This document shows positions 35,791 to 47,759 of a DNA stretch of 64,000 nt, piece by piece. Location of the stretch: assembly GCF_963921235.1 (NCBI RefSeq), contig NC_086101.1, positions 191,022,001 through 191,086,000 on the forward strand, read 5' to 3'. The notes under the pieces are model-generated. The model was not told the DNA's origin. It was given only the letters and a program-made list of their open reading frames with translations, and did no database searches. The translations under genes and the position numbers were made by a program. This DNA is from Mobula hypostoma (Eukaryota). Numbering within the stretch: the first letter of the stretch is position 1; every line of letters begins with the position of its first letter.

Positions 35791-36649
35791 CTGAGAGAGG
35801 GGAGAACGACGGGTTTTAATTGCTATGCTTAAATTTAGAGATGCATCGTGAACCAGGCCCTTCGTTGCCCAGCAACCCACCAATTTAACCCTGGCCTAAA
35901 CACAGGGCAATTTGGAATGACCAATTCACCTATTAACTGTGGGGTGTGGGAAGAAACTGGAGCACCCGGAGGAAACCCACGCACACACGGGAAGAGCGTA
36001 CAAACTCCTCACAGCCGCCACTGGCACTGACCTCTGAACTCCGACGCCCTGAGCTGTGATAACGTTGCATTAGCTGCCGCGTTACCGTGGCGCCCCCACT
36101 CCCCCCCCAATTCTCGCAAGCGGATGGCCAGTGGTGGCAGCTCAGTCGTGTGGTGAACAGAGACACTGCATCACAGCTCCAGTCACCCAGGTCCAATCCT
36201 GGATTCCAGCGCTGTCTGCATGCTCTCCCCGCCTCCAGTCTCCAGTTTCCTCGCTACGACCCTGGGATGCGGCGGGGCCAATGGCAAACCACCTGTGTGG
36301 AAAAATTTGCCAAGATCAATCATGGTCAAAGTCCGCGATCGCCCACATCATAGGACATGCCGTAATGATGATGATAACAGAGTGCACATTGACTAAGAAA
36401 CCCATCATCAGGCCTTCTGTCCGTGTTGGGGTTTATCAATTTTGCAGGAGGGGTCAGACTTCAAGCACTTTGCATGTCAGGTGCTACAAATAAAGAACTA
36501 CAGACAAGGGCAAGACCTTTGAATACAAGTCCTTGCCAGGTGGCAAACACCTGACTTACGCATAGCCTATACAGAGAAGCAAGCCGTGCCCTGGGAAAAG
36601 CATACAGTGAACATACACACTATCTATGCCCCTAATGATTTCATACACC

Positions 36650-37210
36650 TCTGTAAGCTGTATCAGAAACCGCAGAAACACATCAACACATCACAGGAAC
36701 CAACGTCCCCCCCTGCCCCCTCCCAGCCCACCTCCGTGGACTCTATCTGTACTTGTCACTCCTCAATAATAATCAAAGACCCCCAAACACCCCAGACATT
36801 CTCTCTTCTCCCTCCTCCCACTGGGCAGAAGATACGAAAGCCTGGAAGTATGTCCCACCAGGCTCGAGGTCAGCTTCTATCAATTGTTCATTGTGCACCG
36901 TGATGTAAGACTCTGGTACGATAAGATGCAGAGCAGGAGATTAGACTGTTCCACTTGAATCTGACACGTGGGTGTTTGATAATATGGACAACATCCTGTA
37001 CGATACGATGGACACTTGGCCTCACAATCTCACTCATTATGATCGTGCACTTCATCGTTTACCTGCACTGCACTTTCTCTGTAGCTGTTACACTTTATTC
37101 TGCATTCTCTTCTTGTTTTACTTTGTTCTACCTCAATGCACTCTGTTATGACTTGATCTGCAGGAACTGTCGGCGAGACAAGGTTTTCATTACAGCTTGA
37201 TAGATGTGAC
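36650..37210 (+). mobile_element. Rex1/Babar-type LINE 3' remnant
   Basis: PTSVDSICT..SSIIIKDP.TP..FSLLP..GQKIR and family 3' UTR. Confidence 0.55.
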
Positions 37211-37519
37211 AGTAATAAACCAAAGTTAGAGTTAGTAAACTGTGGGCATGTTGCTTTGGTAGCGGAAGCATAGTCACACTTGCGGGCTGCCTCCAGAACG
37301 TGCTCGGACTGCGTCGGTCGTTGCCGCAAGCAATGCATTTCACTGTATGTTTCGATGCACGTGTGACAAATAAGGCTAATCTTTCATTTTTTAAGTTTAA
37401 ATCTTTAAGAGAGGCATGGTAGCAAAGCAGTTACAATGATCAATAATGAAAATCCCCTGCCCAATCACCGGTTGAACATTAATGGAAGTGGAAAACAGAT
37501 TTGAGACCGGGTTCAGATT

Positions 37520-37990
37520 TGTGTGAGTATTGTGAATAGTTTCAGGTCACCCGCCTACAGGGAAGATGTCAAGGAGACTAAAAGAGTGCAGAGACAATTT
37601 ATAAGGATGATGCTGGGACTTGAGGACCTGAGTTATAGGGAAAGGCTGAGTAGTTTAGGACTATATTCCCTGGAGCACAGAAGAATGAGAGGAGATTTGA
37701 CAGAAGTTTATGTGGGTATATGTAGGGTAAATGCTAGCAGACTTTTTCCACCGAGGCTGGGTGAAATGAGAACTCACTAGCTCTAGTCTTGGAGTATTGT
37801 GAGCAGTTTTGGTTCCCTTATCTAAGAAAAGATGTGCTGACATTGGAAAGGATTCAAAGGAGGTTCATGAAAATGATTTCGAATTGAAAAGTTATCGTTT
37901 AAGGAGAGTTTGATGGCCCTGGGGCTGTGTTCACTGGAATTCAGAAGAATGAGGAAAGAAGCTCATTGAAACCTATCGAATGTTGAAAGG
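37520..37990 (+). mobile_element. CR1 LINE fragments
   Basis: SPAYREDV...RVQRQFIRMMLGLEDLSYRERL..LGLYSLEHRRMRGDL. Confidence 0.75.
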
Positions 37991-38379
37991 CCTCGATAGA
38001 ATTGAATTGAATTGATTTTATTTCTTACAACCTTCACATACATGAGGAGTAAAAATCTTTACATTATGTCTCTGTCTAAATATGCAATGTGGAACCATAG
38101 TAATTTATAATACTTCATAATAATTAAAACAGTTAATGTAATATAGAAATACACTCAAATCAGTGTGAGTTAATCAGTGTGGTGGCCTGGTGGAAGAAGC
38201 TGTCCTGGAGCCTGTTGTTCCTGGCTTTTATGCTGCAGTACCGTTTCCCAGATGGTAGCACCTGGACCGGACCATGGTTGGGGTGACTCAGGTCCCCAAT
38301 TATCCTTTGGGCCCTTTTTTCACACCAGTCTTTGTAAATGTCCTGAATCATGGGAAGTTCACAACTACAGATGAGCTGG

Positions 38380-39450
38380 GCTGTGGATGTGGAGAAGATG
38401 TTTCCTTTGGTGCAGGAATCTAAGACCAGAGGGGACAGCCGCTGGATAGAAGGACGACTAAGAGATAAGGAGGAATCTCTTTAGCAAGAAGGTGGTGAAT
38501 CTGTGGAATTCATTGCCACAGACGGCTGTGGAGACCAAGTAATTGGGTATACTTAAGGCAGAGATTGTTAAGTCAGGGCATGAAGGGATATAGAAACATA
38601 GAAACATTGAAAACCTACAGCACAATACAAGCCTTTCGGACCACAATGCTGTGCCGAACATGTACTTACTTCAGAAATTACCTAGGGTTACCAACAGCTC
38701 TCTATTTTTCTAAGTTCCATGTACCTATCCAGGAGTCTCTTAAAAGACCCTATTGTATCTGCCGCCACCAGCGCCGCCGGCAGCCCATTCCACACACTCA
38801 CCACTCTCTGCGTAAAAAAACTTAACCCTGACATCTCCTCTGTACCTACTTCCAAGCACCTTAAAACTGTGCCCTCTTGTGCTAGCCATTTCAGCCCTGG
38901 GAAAAAGCCTCTGACTATCCACATGATCAATGCCTCTCATCATCTTATACACCTCTGTCAGGTAACCTCTCATCCTCCGTCACTCCAAGGAGAAAAGGCC
39001 AAGTTCACTCAACCTATTCTCATAAGGCCTGCTCCCCAATCCAGGCAACATCCTTGTAAATCTATGTTTATATGGGGAGAAGGTAGGAAACTGGAGCTGA
39101 GAGGAAAAAATGGATCGGCCATGTTGAAATGGCAGAACAGACTTGATGGGCCAAATAGCCTAATTCTGCTCCTATATCTAAAAAAAACACATGAAAGGTA
39201 TAAAATATTGAAGGTGGAATGTCTTCACTCAGAGCATGGTGAGAGTGTGGAATGAGCTGTCAGCAGAAGTGATGAATTGGGCTTGATTGCAATATTTAAG
39301 AAAAATTTGGATAAATACATGGATGGGAGGGGTACAGAGCAGTAGGGTGCAGATGGGACAAGGTAGAGTATCAGTTCAACACATACTAGATGGGCCAAAG
39401 GGCCTGTTTGTGTGCTGTTATACTTTATGGTTCTCTGACTCTAATGACAA
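38380..39450. mobile_element. CR1 3' end (+) interrupted by a CR1 3' end (-, 38590-39065)
   Basis: Minus ORFs RGYLTEVYKMMRGIDHVDSQRLFPRAE and FFTQRVVSVWNGLP, with plus-strand CR1 tail pieces on both sides. Confidence 0.75.
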
Positions 39451-39769
39451 TGAGCCAATTGACATTAAAAGCCACCCTGTAGCTCTGAGCCTTTGTGGGG
39501 TGTGAGGCACAAGCTGCTCGGTGAGCAGTCTCCAGAACATTCGTGCCAGTTCCCGTTGTAGACTGAACTTCGATATTTCATCACTTCTGCAGCCAATGTT
39601 GACATTGCTTTCACAAGAACTTAGGAAATGAGAAGTCAAGGCAATTCATCTCCTTAAGCCCTGTCTGCCATTCATCGAGACCACGCCCAATCCTTTATCT
39701 CAATACCATCTCCCTTGCCTCTCAATGCTCTTAATGTCCAGAATCCTATCACTTTCTTTTTAAATGAAC

Positions 39770-40460
39770 AAAGACCATATGACCATACAACAGAGGAGCA
39801 GGATTAGGCCATTCAGCCCATCAAGTCTGCTCCACCTGCCCATTATGGCTGATTTATTATCCCTCTCCTGCCTTCTTCCCGTAACCTTTGACACCCTGAC
39901 TAATCAAGAACCTATCAACCTCTGCTTTAAATATACCAAATGACTGTCTGTGGCAATGAATTCCACAGATTGACCAACCCCCAGCTCAAGAAATACCTCC
40001 TCATCTCTGTTCTAAAGAGAAGTCCTTCTATTCTGAGGCTGTGCCCTCTAGTGCTAGCCCCCCCCATGATAGGAAACATCCTCTCCATATCCACTCAATC
40101 TAGGCCCTTCAATATTTGATAGGTTTTAATGAGATCACCATTCATTCTTTTCAACACCAGTAAGCACAGGCTCAGAGTCACCTCGTATGTTAACCTTTTC
40201 ATTCCCGGGATCATTCTCGTGAACTCCTTTGGACTCTAACACATCCTGAGGCCTAAAAATGCTCACAATACTCCAAATGTGCTCTGACCATTGCTTTGGA
40301 AAGCTTCAGCATTACAGTCTTGCTTTTATATTCTAGTCCTCTCAAAATGAATGCTAACATTGCATTTGCCTTCCTCACCACTGCAAATTTGGGAATCCTG
40401 CACTAGGGCTCTCGGGTCTCTTTGCACCTTTGGTTTCTGAATTTGCTCCCCATTTAGAAA
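39770..40460 (-). mobile_element. CR1 LINE 3' portion
   Basis: Reverse-complement CR1 3' UTR and ORF2 C-terminus. Confidence 0.75.
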
Positions 40461-40499
40461 ATAATCTACATCATGAGGAAATCTGCAGGTGCTGGAAAT

Positions 40500-41140
40500 C
40501 CGGAGTAATCGCTGAGGATCTCACCTACTCCCGACATATCGATGCCGCTATAAAGAAGGCAAGACAGTGGCTACACTTTATTAGGAGTTTGAAAAGATTT
40601 GGCATGTCAACAAATATACTCAAAAACTTCTATAGTCGTGCCGTGGAGAGCATTCTGACAGGCTGCATCACTGTCTGGTATGGAGGGGTTACTGCACAGG
40701 ACTGAAAGAAGCTGCAGAGGATTGTAAATCTAGTCAGCTCCATCTTGGGTACTAGCCAGCAAAGTACCCAGGAGATCTTCAGGGAGCGGTGTCTCAGAAA
40801 GGCAGCGTCCATTATTAAGGACCTCCAGCACCCAGGGCATGTCTTTTTCTCACTGTTACCATCAGGTAGGAGGTACAGAAGCCTGAAGGCACACACTCAG
40901 CAATTCAGGAACAGCTTCTTCCCTCTGCCATCTGGTTCCTAAATGGACATTGAACCTGTGAACACTACCTCACTTTTTAAATATATATGTGCATTTAATC
41001 TATTAAATATATGCATCCTGTCATTCATTCATTCATTTATTTATTTATTATTTCTACTTCTATATTATGTATTGCATTGAACTGCTGCTGCTAAATTAAC
41101 AAATTTCACGACACATGCCGGTGATAATAAACCTGATTCT
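40500..41140 (+). mobile_element. Rex1/Babar-type LINE 3' portion
   Basis: HIDAAIKKARQWLHFIRSLKRFGMS...FYSRAVESILTGCITVWYG and KAASIIKD..HPGH..FSLLPSGRRYRSL, with a (GATTCT)n tail. Confidence 0.85.
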
Positions 41141-41149
41141 GATTCTGAC

Positions 41150-41292
41150 AAAATGCTGGAGGAATTCAGCAGGTCAGACAGCATCTGTGGAAAAGAGTAA
41201 AGAGTGCTGATGAAGGGTCTTGGCCCGAAACTTTGACTGTTTACTTATCTGCATGGATGCTGCCTGGTCTGCTGAGTTGCTCCAGAATTTTG
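41150..41292. mobile_element. Penelope-derived inverted-repeat unit with central hammerhead core
   Basis: Arms of about 50 bp (41150-41201 and 41240-41292) are reverse complements. They flank CTGATGAAGGGTCTTGGCCCGAAAC. Confidence 0.7.
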
Positions 41293-41792
41293 CATGTGTT
41301 ACACCTTTATTCCTTCTGCCAAAGTGGATGACCATACACTTCCCTGCACTGTAGGAGGCAAAGCGAGGACGTTGGAGATTTTAGCAGCCTTGCCTCTGTC
41401 CTGGCCGTGAGTGCTTTAACTCAACAGAGCAATTCTTTAGGCTGCGTTTACTAGTACCCGCCCCTGAGCGAGAAACAAAATAACAAAACGGTTTCCAGAG
41501 CAGGCAGAATCCCCTCTGGTGTTCTGAAACTCGGCGACGAGAAACCTCAGTTACAGACCTGCAAACTCCCACATCCAGAAAGAGGAGAATATTCCAAGGG
41601 TTAGAGTTTGCTTGGAATACGGCAGCAATCAAGATCTACATCGATGATTCGGCTGAGGGGATGAAATATCAGCCTGGGGTCAGGTGCAATATACTACAGA
41701 AAAGTGTGAGGGAACCCACAGGGCTGAACAAAACAGAAATTTAGAGCATTTGTTAAATAGTGGAAGATCAAGTTCAAAGTTCAAAGTAAGTG

Positions 41793-42112
41793 CGAGGGGT
41801 GATTGATAAGTTCGTGTCCTAAGGTAGAAGGAGTCCATTTTAGAAAACCTAGCACATTTGTTTTCAACATAGTCCCCTCCTGCATTCACACACTTAGTCC
41901 AGCGCTCGTGGAGCATACGGATCTTGGACCTCCTGAAAGTGTCCACAGCAGGGATGATTGATAAGTTTGTGGCCTAAGGTAGAAGGAAATAAGATATTAA
42001 CTTCAAACTTTCTGCATAATCACTCAAAGAGTTGAACTGCATGTGCACGTAACGAGAGCTGTATAACTCATCGCCTTCTACCTTAGGCCACGAACTTATC
42101 AATCACCCCTTG
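41793..42112. mobile_element. Mariner-derived MITE (320 bp)
   Basis: TIRs CGAGGGGTGATTGATAAGTTCGTG.CCTAAGGTAGAAGG and its reverse complement, TA target at the right end, and an internal minus-strand transposase C-terminus (IRMLHERWTKCVNAGGDYVE). Confidence 0.85.
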
Positions 42113-42114
42113 TA

Positions 42115-43380
42115 TTTATGGGCTCTCAAGTGGCTTATGAGTCCAATCTTGGCTTTGAAAGTTCTTCCGCATTCAGGACAGGTGGCTCCAGATGGCAGAT
42201 CGGACTTTGGTTGTTGCTGCTTCTCTCTCCATTTTCTTCTCTTTTCTTCTAATTCTGCACATCTGTTGGCTTCGAAAGTTGCTGTTCCTCCTCCGATGAT
42301 GCCTTGCCAGAGTTTCCTGTCCTTGGCACTGGTTTCCCAATTGTTGATGTTGATGTTACATTTCTTCATGTTGGATTTTAAGACGTCTTTGAATCTCTTC
42401 TGTTGTCCGCCTCTTTTACGTTTGCCTTCTTTAAGCTGGGAGTAGAAGATTTGTTTCAGCAGATGTTCGTTTTTCATCTGAACGTTTTTGATCGCTCCAT
42501 CTTAGTTGGTTTTTGATGATGTAGGCTTCAACGCTTGTTGTTTTTGCTTTATTTAGCATGCTGACATTGGTTCTTCTATCCTCCCAGCTGATACTGAAGA
42601 TGTTTCGAAGACAATGTTGATGGAACTTTTCAAGTGCCTTCAGATGTCATCGGTATGTTGTCCAGGTTTCTGATGCATACAGGAGAGTTGGGATCACCAC
42701 TGCTTTGTACATTAACATTTTGGTGTCTGTTCAGATGGCACGATCATGAAAGACTCTTGTTTGGAGACATCCAAAAGCTGTTCCAGCGCATTGTTGGATC
42801 TCATTGTTAACATCAGGTAGGAGATACAGAAGCCTGAAGGCACAGTCTCAGCGATTCAGGAACAGCTTCTTCCCCTCTGCCATCTGATTCCTAAATGGAC
42901 ATTGAACCTTGGAAGACGATGTTGGGTCTCGTCATTAAGGTCGACATTGGAGGAGAGGTGACTTCCAAGATACGGAAAGTGGTCCACGTTTTCCAGGGTT
43001 GTTTCGCCAAGTTGAATTGATGGTTCTATCCGATTTGTCTCAGTTGGTGACGGTTGATAGATGATCTGAGTCTTCTTGGAATTGATGGTAAGTCCAAGTT
43101 TCGTGTATGCACGGTTCAAGGCAGTCAGAATCTGTTGTAGGTGGTTTTCTGAAAGAGCTGCAACACTGTTGTCATCTGCGTATTGGAACTCGATGAGGGA
43201 ACTCGTGGATGTCTTGTTTCTGGATTTGAGACGGGCAAGATTGAAAAGTCTGCCATCTGTTCTGTAGACAATTCCGATTCCTGGGAGTAGGTCATCCCTG
43301 ATTACGTGGATGATTGTCACAATGAAGATGGTGAACAAAGTTGGGGCAAAACAAAGTTGCTTTCTTTGGCTGTATATATG
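42115..43380 (-). mobile_element. RTE-clade LINE 3' portion
   Basis: DGRLFNLARLKS...FQYADD..VAALSE...HFPYLGSHLS; KQIFYSQLKEGKRKRGGQQKRFKD...CPECGRTFKAKIGLISHLRAH. A Rex1/Babar piece lies at about 42805-42910. Confidence 0.85.
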
Positions 43381-43831
43381 TGTGCGGTTGAATGACAATA
43401 AACTTCAGCTTGAACAATGACTATTGTGTAGTTAGTGACACACAAAGGCTGGCAAATGACAATGTACGAAGACAATGTGTACAAATATAGAAGTTATATA
43501 TTGATAAATAATACTAAGAACATGAGTTGTAGAGTCCTTAAATGTGATTTCACTGGTTATGGAATTAATTCAGGGTTGAGGTGAGCGAAGTTAACCACAC
43601 TGGGTCAAGAGCCTAATGGTTGAGGGATAATAACTGTTCCTGAACCTGGAGGAGTGGGACCTAAGGCTCCTGTACCTCTTTCCCTTATTAGCCTCAAATC
43701 CTGAGCCTCTTGTACCTCTGCAACTAGATCCTTGACTTTGTCATCGGGAGACCACTGTCAGTGCAGGTCAAAGATAACATCTCCACCTCCCTGACAATAA
43801 ACACAAATGAACCTCAAAGATGCCTGCTGGG

Positions 43832-44548
43832 CGATGTTTCCTCTAATTTGTAATAACCAGTGTGCGCAATTTTTTGCCCAATGACAACAACATGCGCACA
43901 CTGAATAATTTCTTCAATAAAAACAGCATAAATAAGTCAGTTCTAAAATCTGCAGACAAATCATCTCAAACTCCATGTCGTCAATGCCGTCCGCATCAGA
44001 AACCGGAAAAGGAACTGTGATTGTGTATGATAGTGAAATAAGCTTAACTTAAGTTTAATAAGCGAGGTTGAAGGTGACAATGTTTAATGTTGAAAGAGTT
44101 GGACAGAGTAGATGTGGAAAGGCTGTTTCCCTTGGTGGGTGAGTCCAGGACAAGAGGCCATAGTCTTAGAATTAGAGGGTACCCAGTTAAAACAGAGATG
44201 AGGAGAAATTTTTTTAGCCAGAGGGTCGTGGATTTGTGGAATTCATTGCCACATACAGCTGTGGAGGCTCGATCACTGAGGGTGTTTAAGGAGGAGATTG
44301 ATAGGTATCTAATTAGTCAGGGTATCAAGGGATATGGGGAAAAAGCCGGAAATTGGAACTAGATGGGAGAATTAGTTAGCTCATGGGGGAGTTGCGGAGC
44401 AGAGTTGATGGGCCGAATGGCCTACTTCTGCTCCTTTGTCTTGTGATCTTGTGATCTTATGACAACCTCTAGTGCGTAGTTTAAATTCCTTTGCGCACTA
44501 GTAGCAAAAGAATGTGTGTGCGTGTGTGTGACCTTAGAGAGAACATTG
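43832..44548. mobile_element. hAT-like non-autonomous element with a CR1 insertion
   Basis: 15-bp imperfect TIRs CGATGTTTCCTCTAA and TTAGAGAGAACATTG. No clear 8-bp TSD. Confidence 0.5.
44075..44460 (+). mobile_element. CR1 LINE 3' end (young)
   Basis: ORF 44087-44362, a (CTTGTGAT)n tail, and a possible TGACAA target duplication. Confidence 0.85.
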
Positions 44549-45739
44549 GTGGCTAGTCCATTGCTCTAATTTCCTGGCACTCATGACTTGTAGTAGCATC
44601 GCAGTTAGTGCAAGGTTTTACAGTGTGGTTATCGCGGTTAGCGGAAAGCTTTACAGTGCGTCAGCTGTAGGATCGGGGTTCAATTCCTGCCACTGTCTGG
44701 AAGGAGTTTGTACCTTCTCCCTGCGTCTGTGTGGGTTTCCTCTGTGTGCTCTGGTTTCCTCCCACAGTCCAAAGACATACAGTATACAGTGGGGTTAGGG
44801 TTAGTGAGCTGTGGCCACATTACGTTGGCACTGCAAGTACAGAGACACTTGCAGGCTGACCTCAGCGCATCCTCGGACTGCGTTGGTCATTAACGCAAAC
44901 GACACATCTCACTGTATGTTTCACAAAAACACAGAAAACCTACAGCACAGTACAGGCCCTTCAGCCCACGATGCTGTGCTGAACATGTACTTTAGAAATT
45001 ACCTGGGGTTTACCCATGGGTAATTTCGATGTACATGTGACAGATAAAGCCTATTTGTGTTGCTGAACTGCGGTGATCAGAGTTGTGTCAGTCGGTTCAA
45101 CAACTGAATGGTCGAGGAGAAGTAATTGTTACTGATCCAGTGGTGTGGGACTTCAGAATTTTTGTTTTTTAATGTTTTATTTATTTATTGAGACACAGCG
45201 CTGAACAAGCCTGTCCACTGCCGCTCAGCAATCCCTGATTTAACCCTAATTTAACCTTAATCAGAGGACAATTTACAATGATCAATTAACCTGCCAACTG
45301 GCAGATCTTTGCACTGTGGGAGGAAACGGGAGCACCTGGAGGAAACCCACACAGTCACAGGGAGAACGTACAGGCAGTGGCAGGAGTTGAACCCGGGTCA
45401 CTGGTACGGTAAAGTGTCGTGCTAACCACTATGTTACCGTGCCGCCGAGCTGTGAGAAGATGAAAATAGCCTGTATGGTGGGGATCTCTGCCTCCCGTCG
45501 ATACAACCAATGGTGGGGAGGGGTGTACCGGTGATGTTTTCGGCAGAATCTACTGCTCTCTGCAGCTTCGCACATTCCTATAACTTTCCAAAGGAGCCAC
45601 AGATAAACACCTGAAAGAATATCTGCCAGAAGGTGGCATTGCCTGGATGATGGGGATCTTTGTTGATGGACATTGTCTCCCTGAGGCAGCTCCTCCTGTA
45701 GATACCACATCTGGGGTGTTGGTCATAGGTTCTTCAAGT

Positions 45740-46890
45740 AGGCCTGTTCTGCGCTGTGTACTCAGCCCCCTGCTGTACTCACTGTACACCCATGATTGTG
45801 TAGCCAAGTTTCCATCAAACTCAATATATAAGTTTGCTGATGACACAACAATTGTGGCCATATCTCGGGTAATGATGAGTTTGAGTACAGAGAGGAAATT
45901 AAGAACCTGGTGGCATGGTGCGAAGACAATAACCTATCCCTCAACGTCAGGAAGATGAAGGAATTGGTTGTTGACTTCAGAAGGAGTAGTGGACCGCACG
46001 ACCCTATTTACATCAGTGGTGCGCAAGTGGAACAGGTCAAAAGCTTTAAGTTCCTCGGGGTCAATATCACAAATGACCTGACTTGGTCCAACCAAGCAGA
46101 GTTCACTGCCAAGAGGGCCCACCAGCGCCTTTACTTCCTGGGAAAACTAAAGAAATTTGGCCCGTCCCCTAAAACCCTCACTAATTTTTATAGATGCACC
46201 ATAGAAAGCATTCTTCCAGGGTGCATCACAGCCTGGTATGGAGTTGTCCTGTCCAAGACCGGAAAAAGCTGCAGAAGATCGTGAACACGGCGCAGCACAT
46301 CACACAAACCAATCTTCCGTCCGTGGACTCACTTTACACCGCACGCTGTTGGAGCAGTGCTGCCAGGATAATCAAGGACATGACCCACCCAGCCAACACA
46401 CTTTTCATCCCTCTCCCCTCCGGGAGAAGGCTCAGGAGCTTGAAGACTCGTACGGCCAGATTTGGGAACAGCTTCTTTCCAACTGTGATAAGACTGCTGA
46501 ACGGATCCTGACCCGGATCTGGGCCGTACCCTAGATAGGTATCTTATGGATAGGGGAATTAAGGGTTATGGGGACAAGGCGGAACCTGGTATTGATAGCA
46601 GATGATCAGCCATGATCTCAGAATGGCGGTGCAGGCTCGAAGGTCCGAATGGTCTACTTCTGCACCTATTGTCTATTGTCTATTGTCTATTGTCTAATAT
46701 CCGGACCTGCCTCTCGGTTTTTTTGCACTAACTTTACTTTCCATTTTTCTATTTTTTATTTATGATTTATAATTTAAATTTTTAATATTTACTATCGATT
46801 TGTAATCCAGGGAGCGGGAAGCGCAGAATCAAATATCGCTATGATGATTGTACATTCCAGTATCAACTGTTTGGTGACAATAAGGTATAA
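45740..46890 (+). mobile_element. Rex1/Babar-type LINE RT C-terminal portion
   Basis: LSPLLYSLYTHDCVAKFPSNSIYKFADDTTIV...KELVVDFRR...FKFLGVNITNDLTW. A CR1 3' fragment with a (CTATTGT)n tail is inserted at about 46532-46695. Confidence 0.88.
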
Positions 46891-47087
46891 AGTATAAAGT
46901 AAGGTCAACCCAGCTATCAGCTTCAACTATCCCGACCAGTATTCACTGTGCTGCCACTGGACAAAAGGCTGCCACAACCTGCTCCGATAGCTCCGCCTCT
47001 CAGTTTCCCAGATGCTGACCCTGCCCGTGGAGGTGAAGTGAAAACTTACACAGCTAAGTCAGTCTGAGCAAAATAAAAAGCACTTAC

Positions 47088-47148
47088 TGTCACTGAGTAC
47101 AGAGCCCAACAGCAGGGCAGCAGGCAGCCAGGAACCCAGTAAGCTCAT
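47088..47148 (-). CDS. Siglec-15-like receptor, exon 1 (signal peptide)
   Basis: GAG ATG start, then MSLLGSWLPAALLLGSVLSD, then donor A|GTAAGT in phase 1, matching exon 2. Lies in a repeat-free island. Confidence 0.8.
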
Positions 47149-47290
47149 CTCCAACTCTATCCTCAGTGTCCTGTTTGTCTCTGGACAATAAAATGCAGAA
47201 GTTTCGTTAAGGGTTGCTTCATTTCCTGACATATTCCTGTCCCACCCTGATCTCAACAACAAACAAGGGAAGCAACTTTCTATACATCAG
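47149..47290 (-). promoter_or_regulatory. proximal promoter/5' UTR of the Ig-receptor gene
   Basis: Minus-strand CAGGAAATGAAGC (ETS/ETS-IRF-like, 47216-47228) and AACGAAACT (IRF half-site-like, 47200-47208) just upstream of the ATG. Confidence 0.4.
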
Positions 47291-47759
47291 CAGACATGGC
47301 CCCAACAGTCACTACATGCCCATTATCACAAAGCACCATTGGAGCAGGCCACTCGGCCCATTGTCTCCCTTCAAGATCCAAGATCATTTATAGTCATGCC
47401 TCAGTACATGAGTGCAAGGAGAACAAATTAATTGTTACTCCAGATCTGATGCAGCACAAAAAAAACACAATAAGATAAAGAACACAACAAAAATATAATA
47501 AATATAAATATGAAAGCAACCCTATAAAACACAATGCACAAGTAACTGTTTTAGTGTGACCTTAAATACATGCGCTTAGCTTATATACATAGACTGAATA
47601 AAGTACATGAGGTGACGCTAGTTGCTGGAGTGTCTGAACACAAGATGATTCTGACAGCAGATGATAAAGTCACAAGGTGACTCTTGGCAAGAGGAACTCT
47701 TCGAAGTTTTCCATTCACCACGATTGTATCTATATCAGTATCGGGATTATTATCACTGA

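Noticed and set aside
39418-39700. Repeat-free intronic segment with a 73-aa minus ORF
   Set aside because: There is no recognisable domain or convincing splice pair. It could be regulatory but is unsupported.
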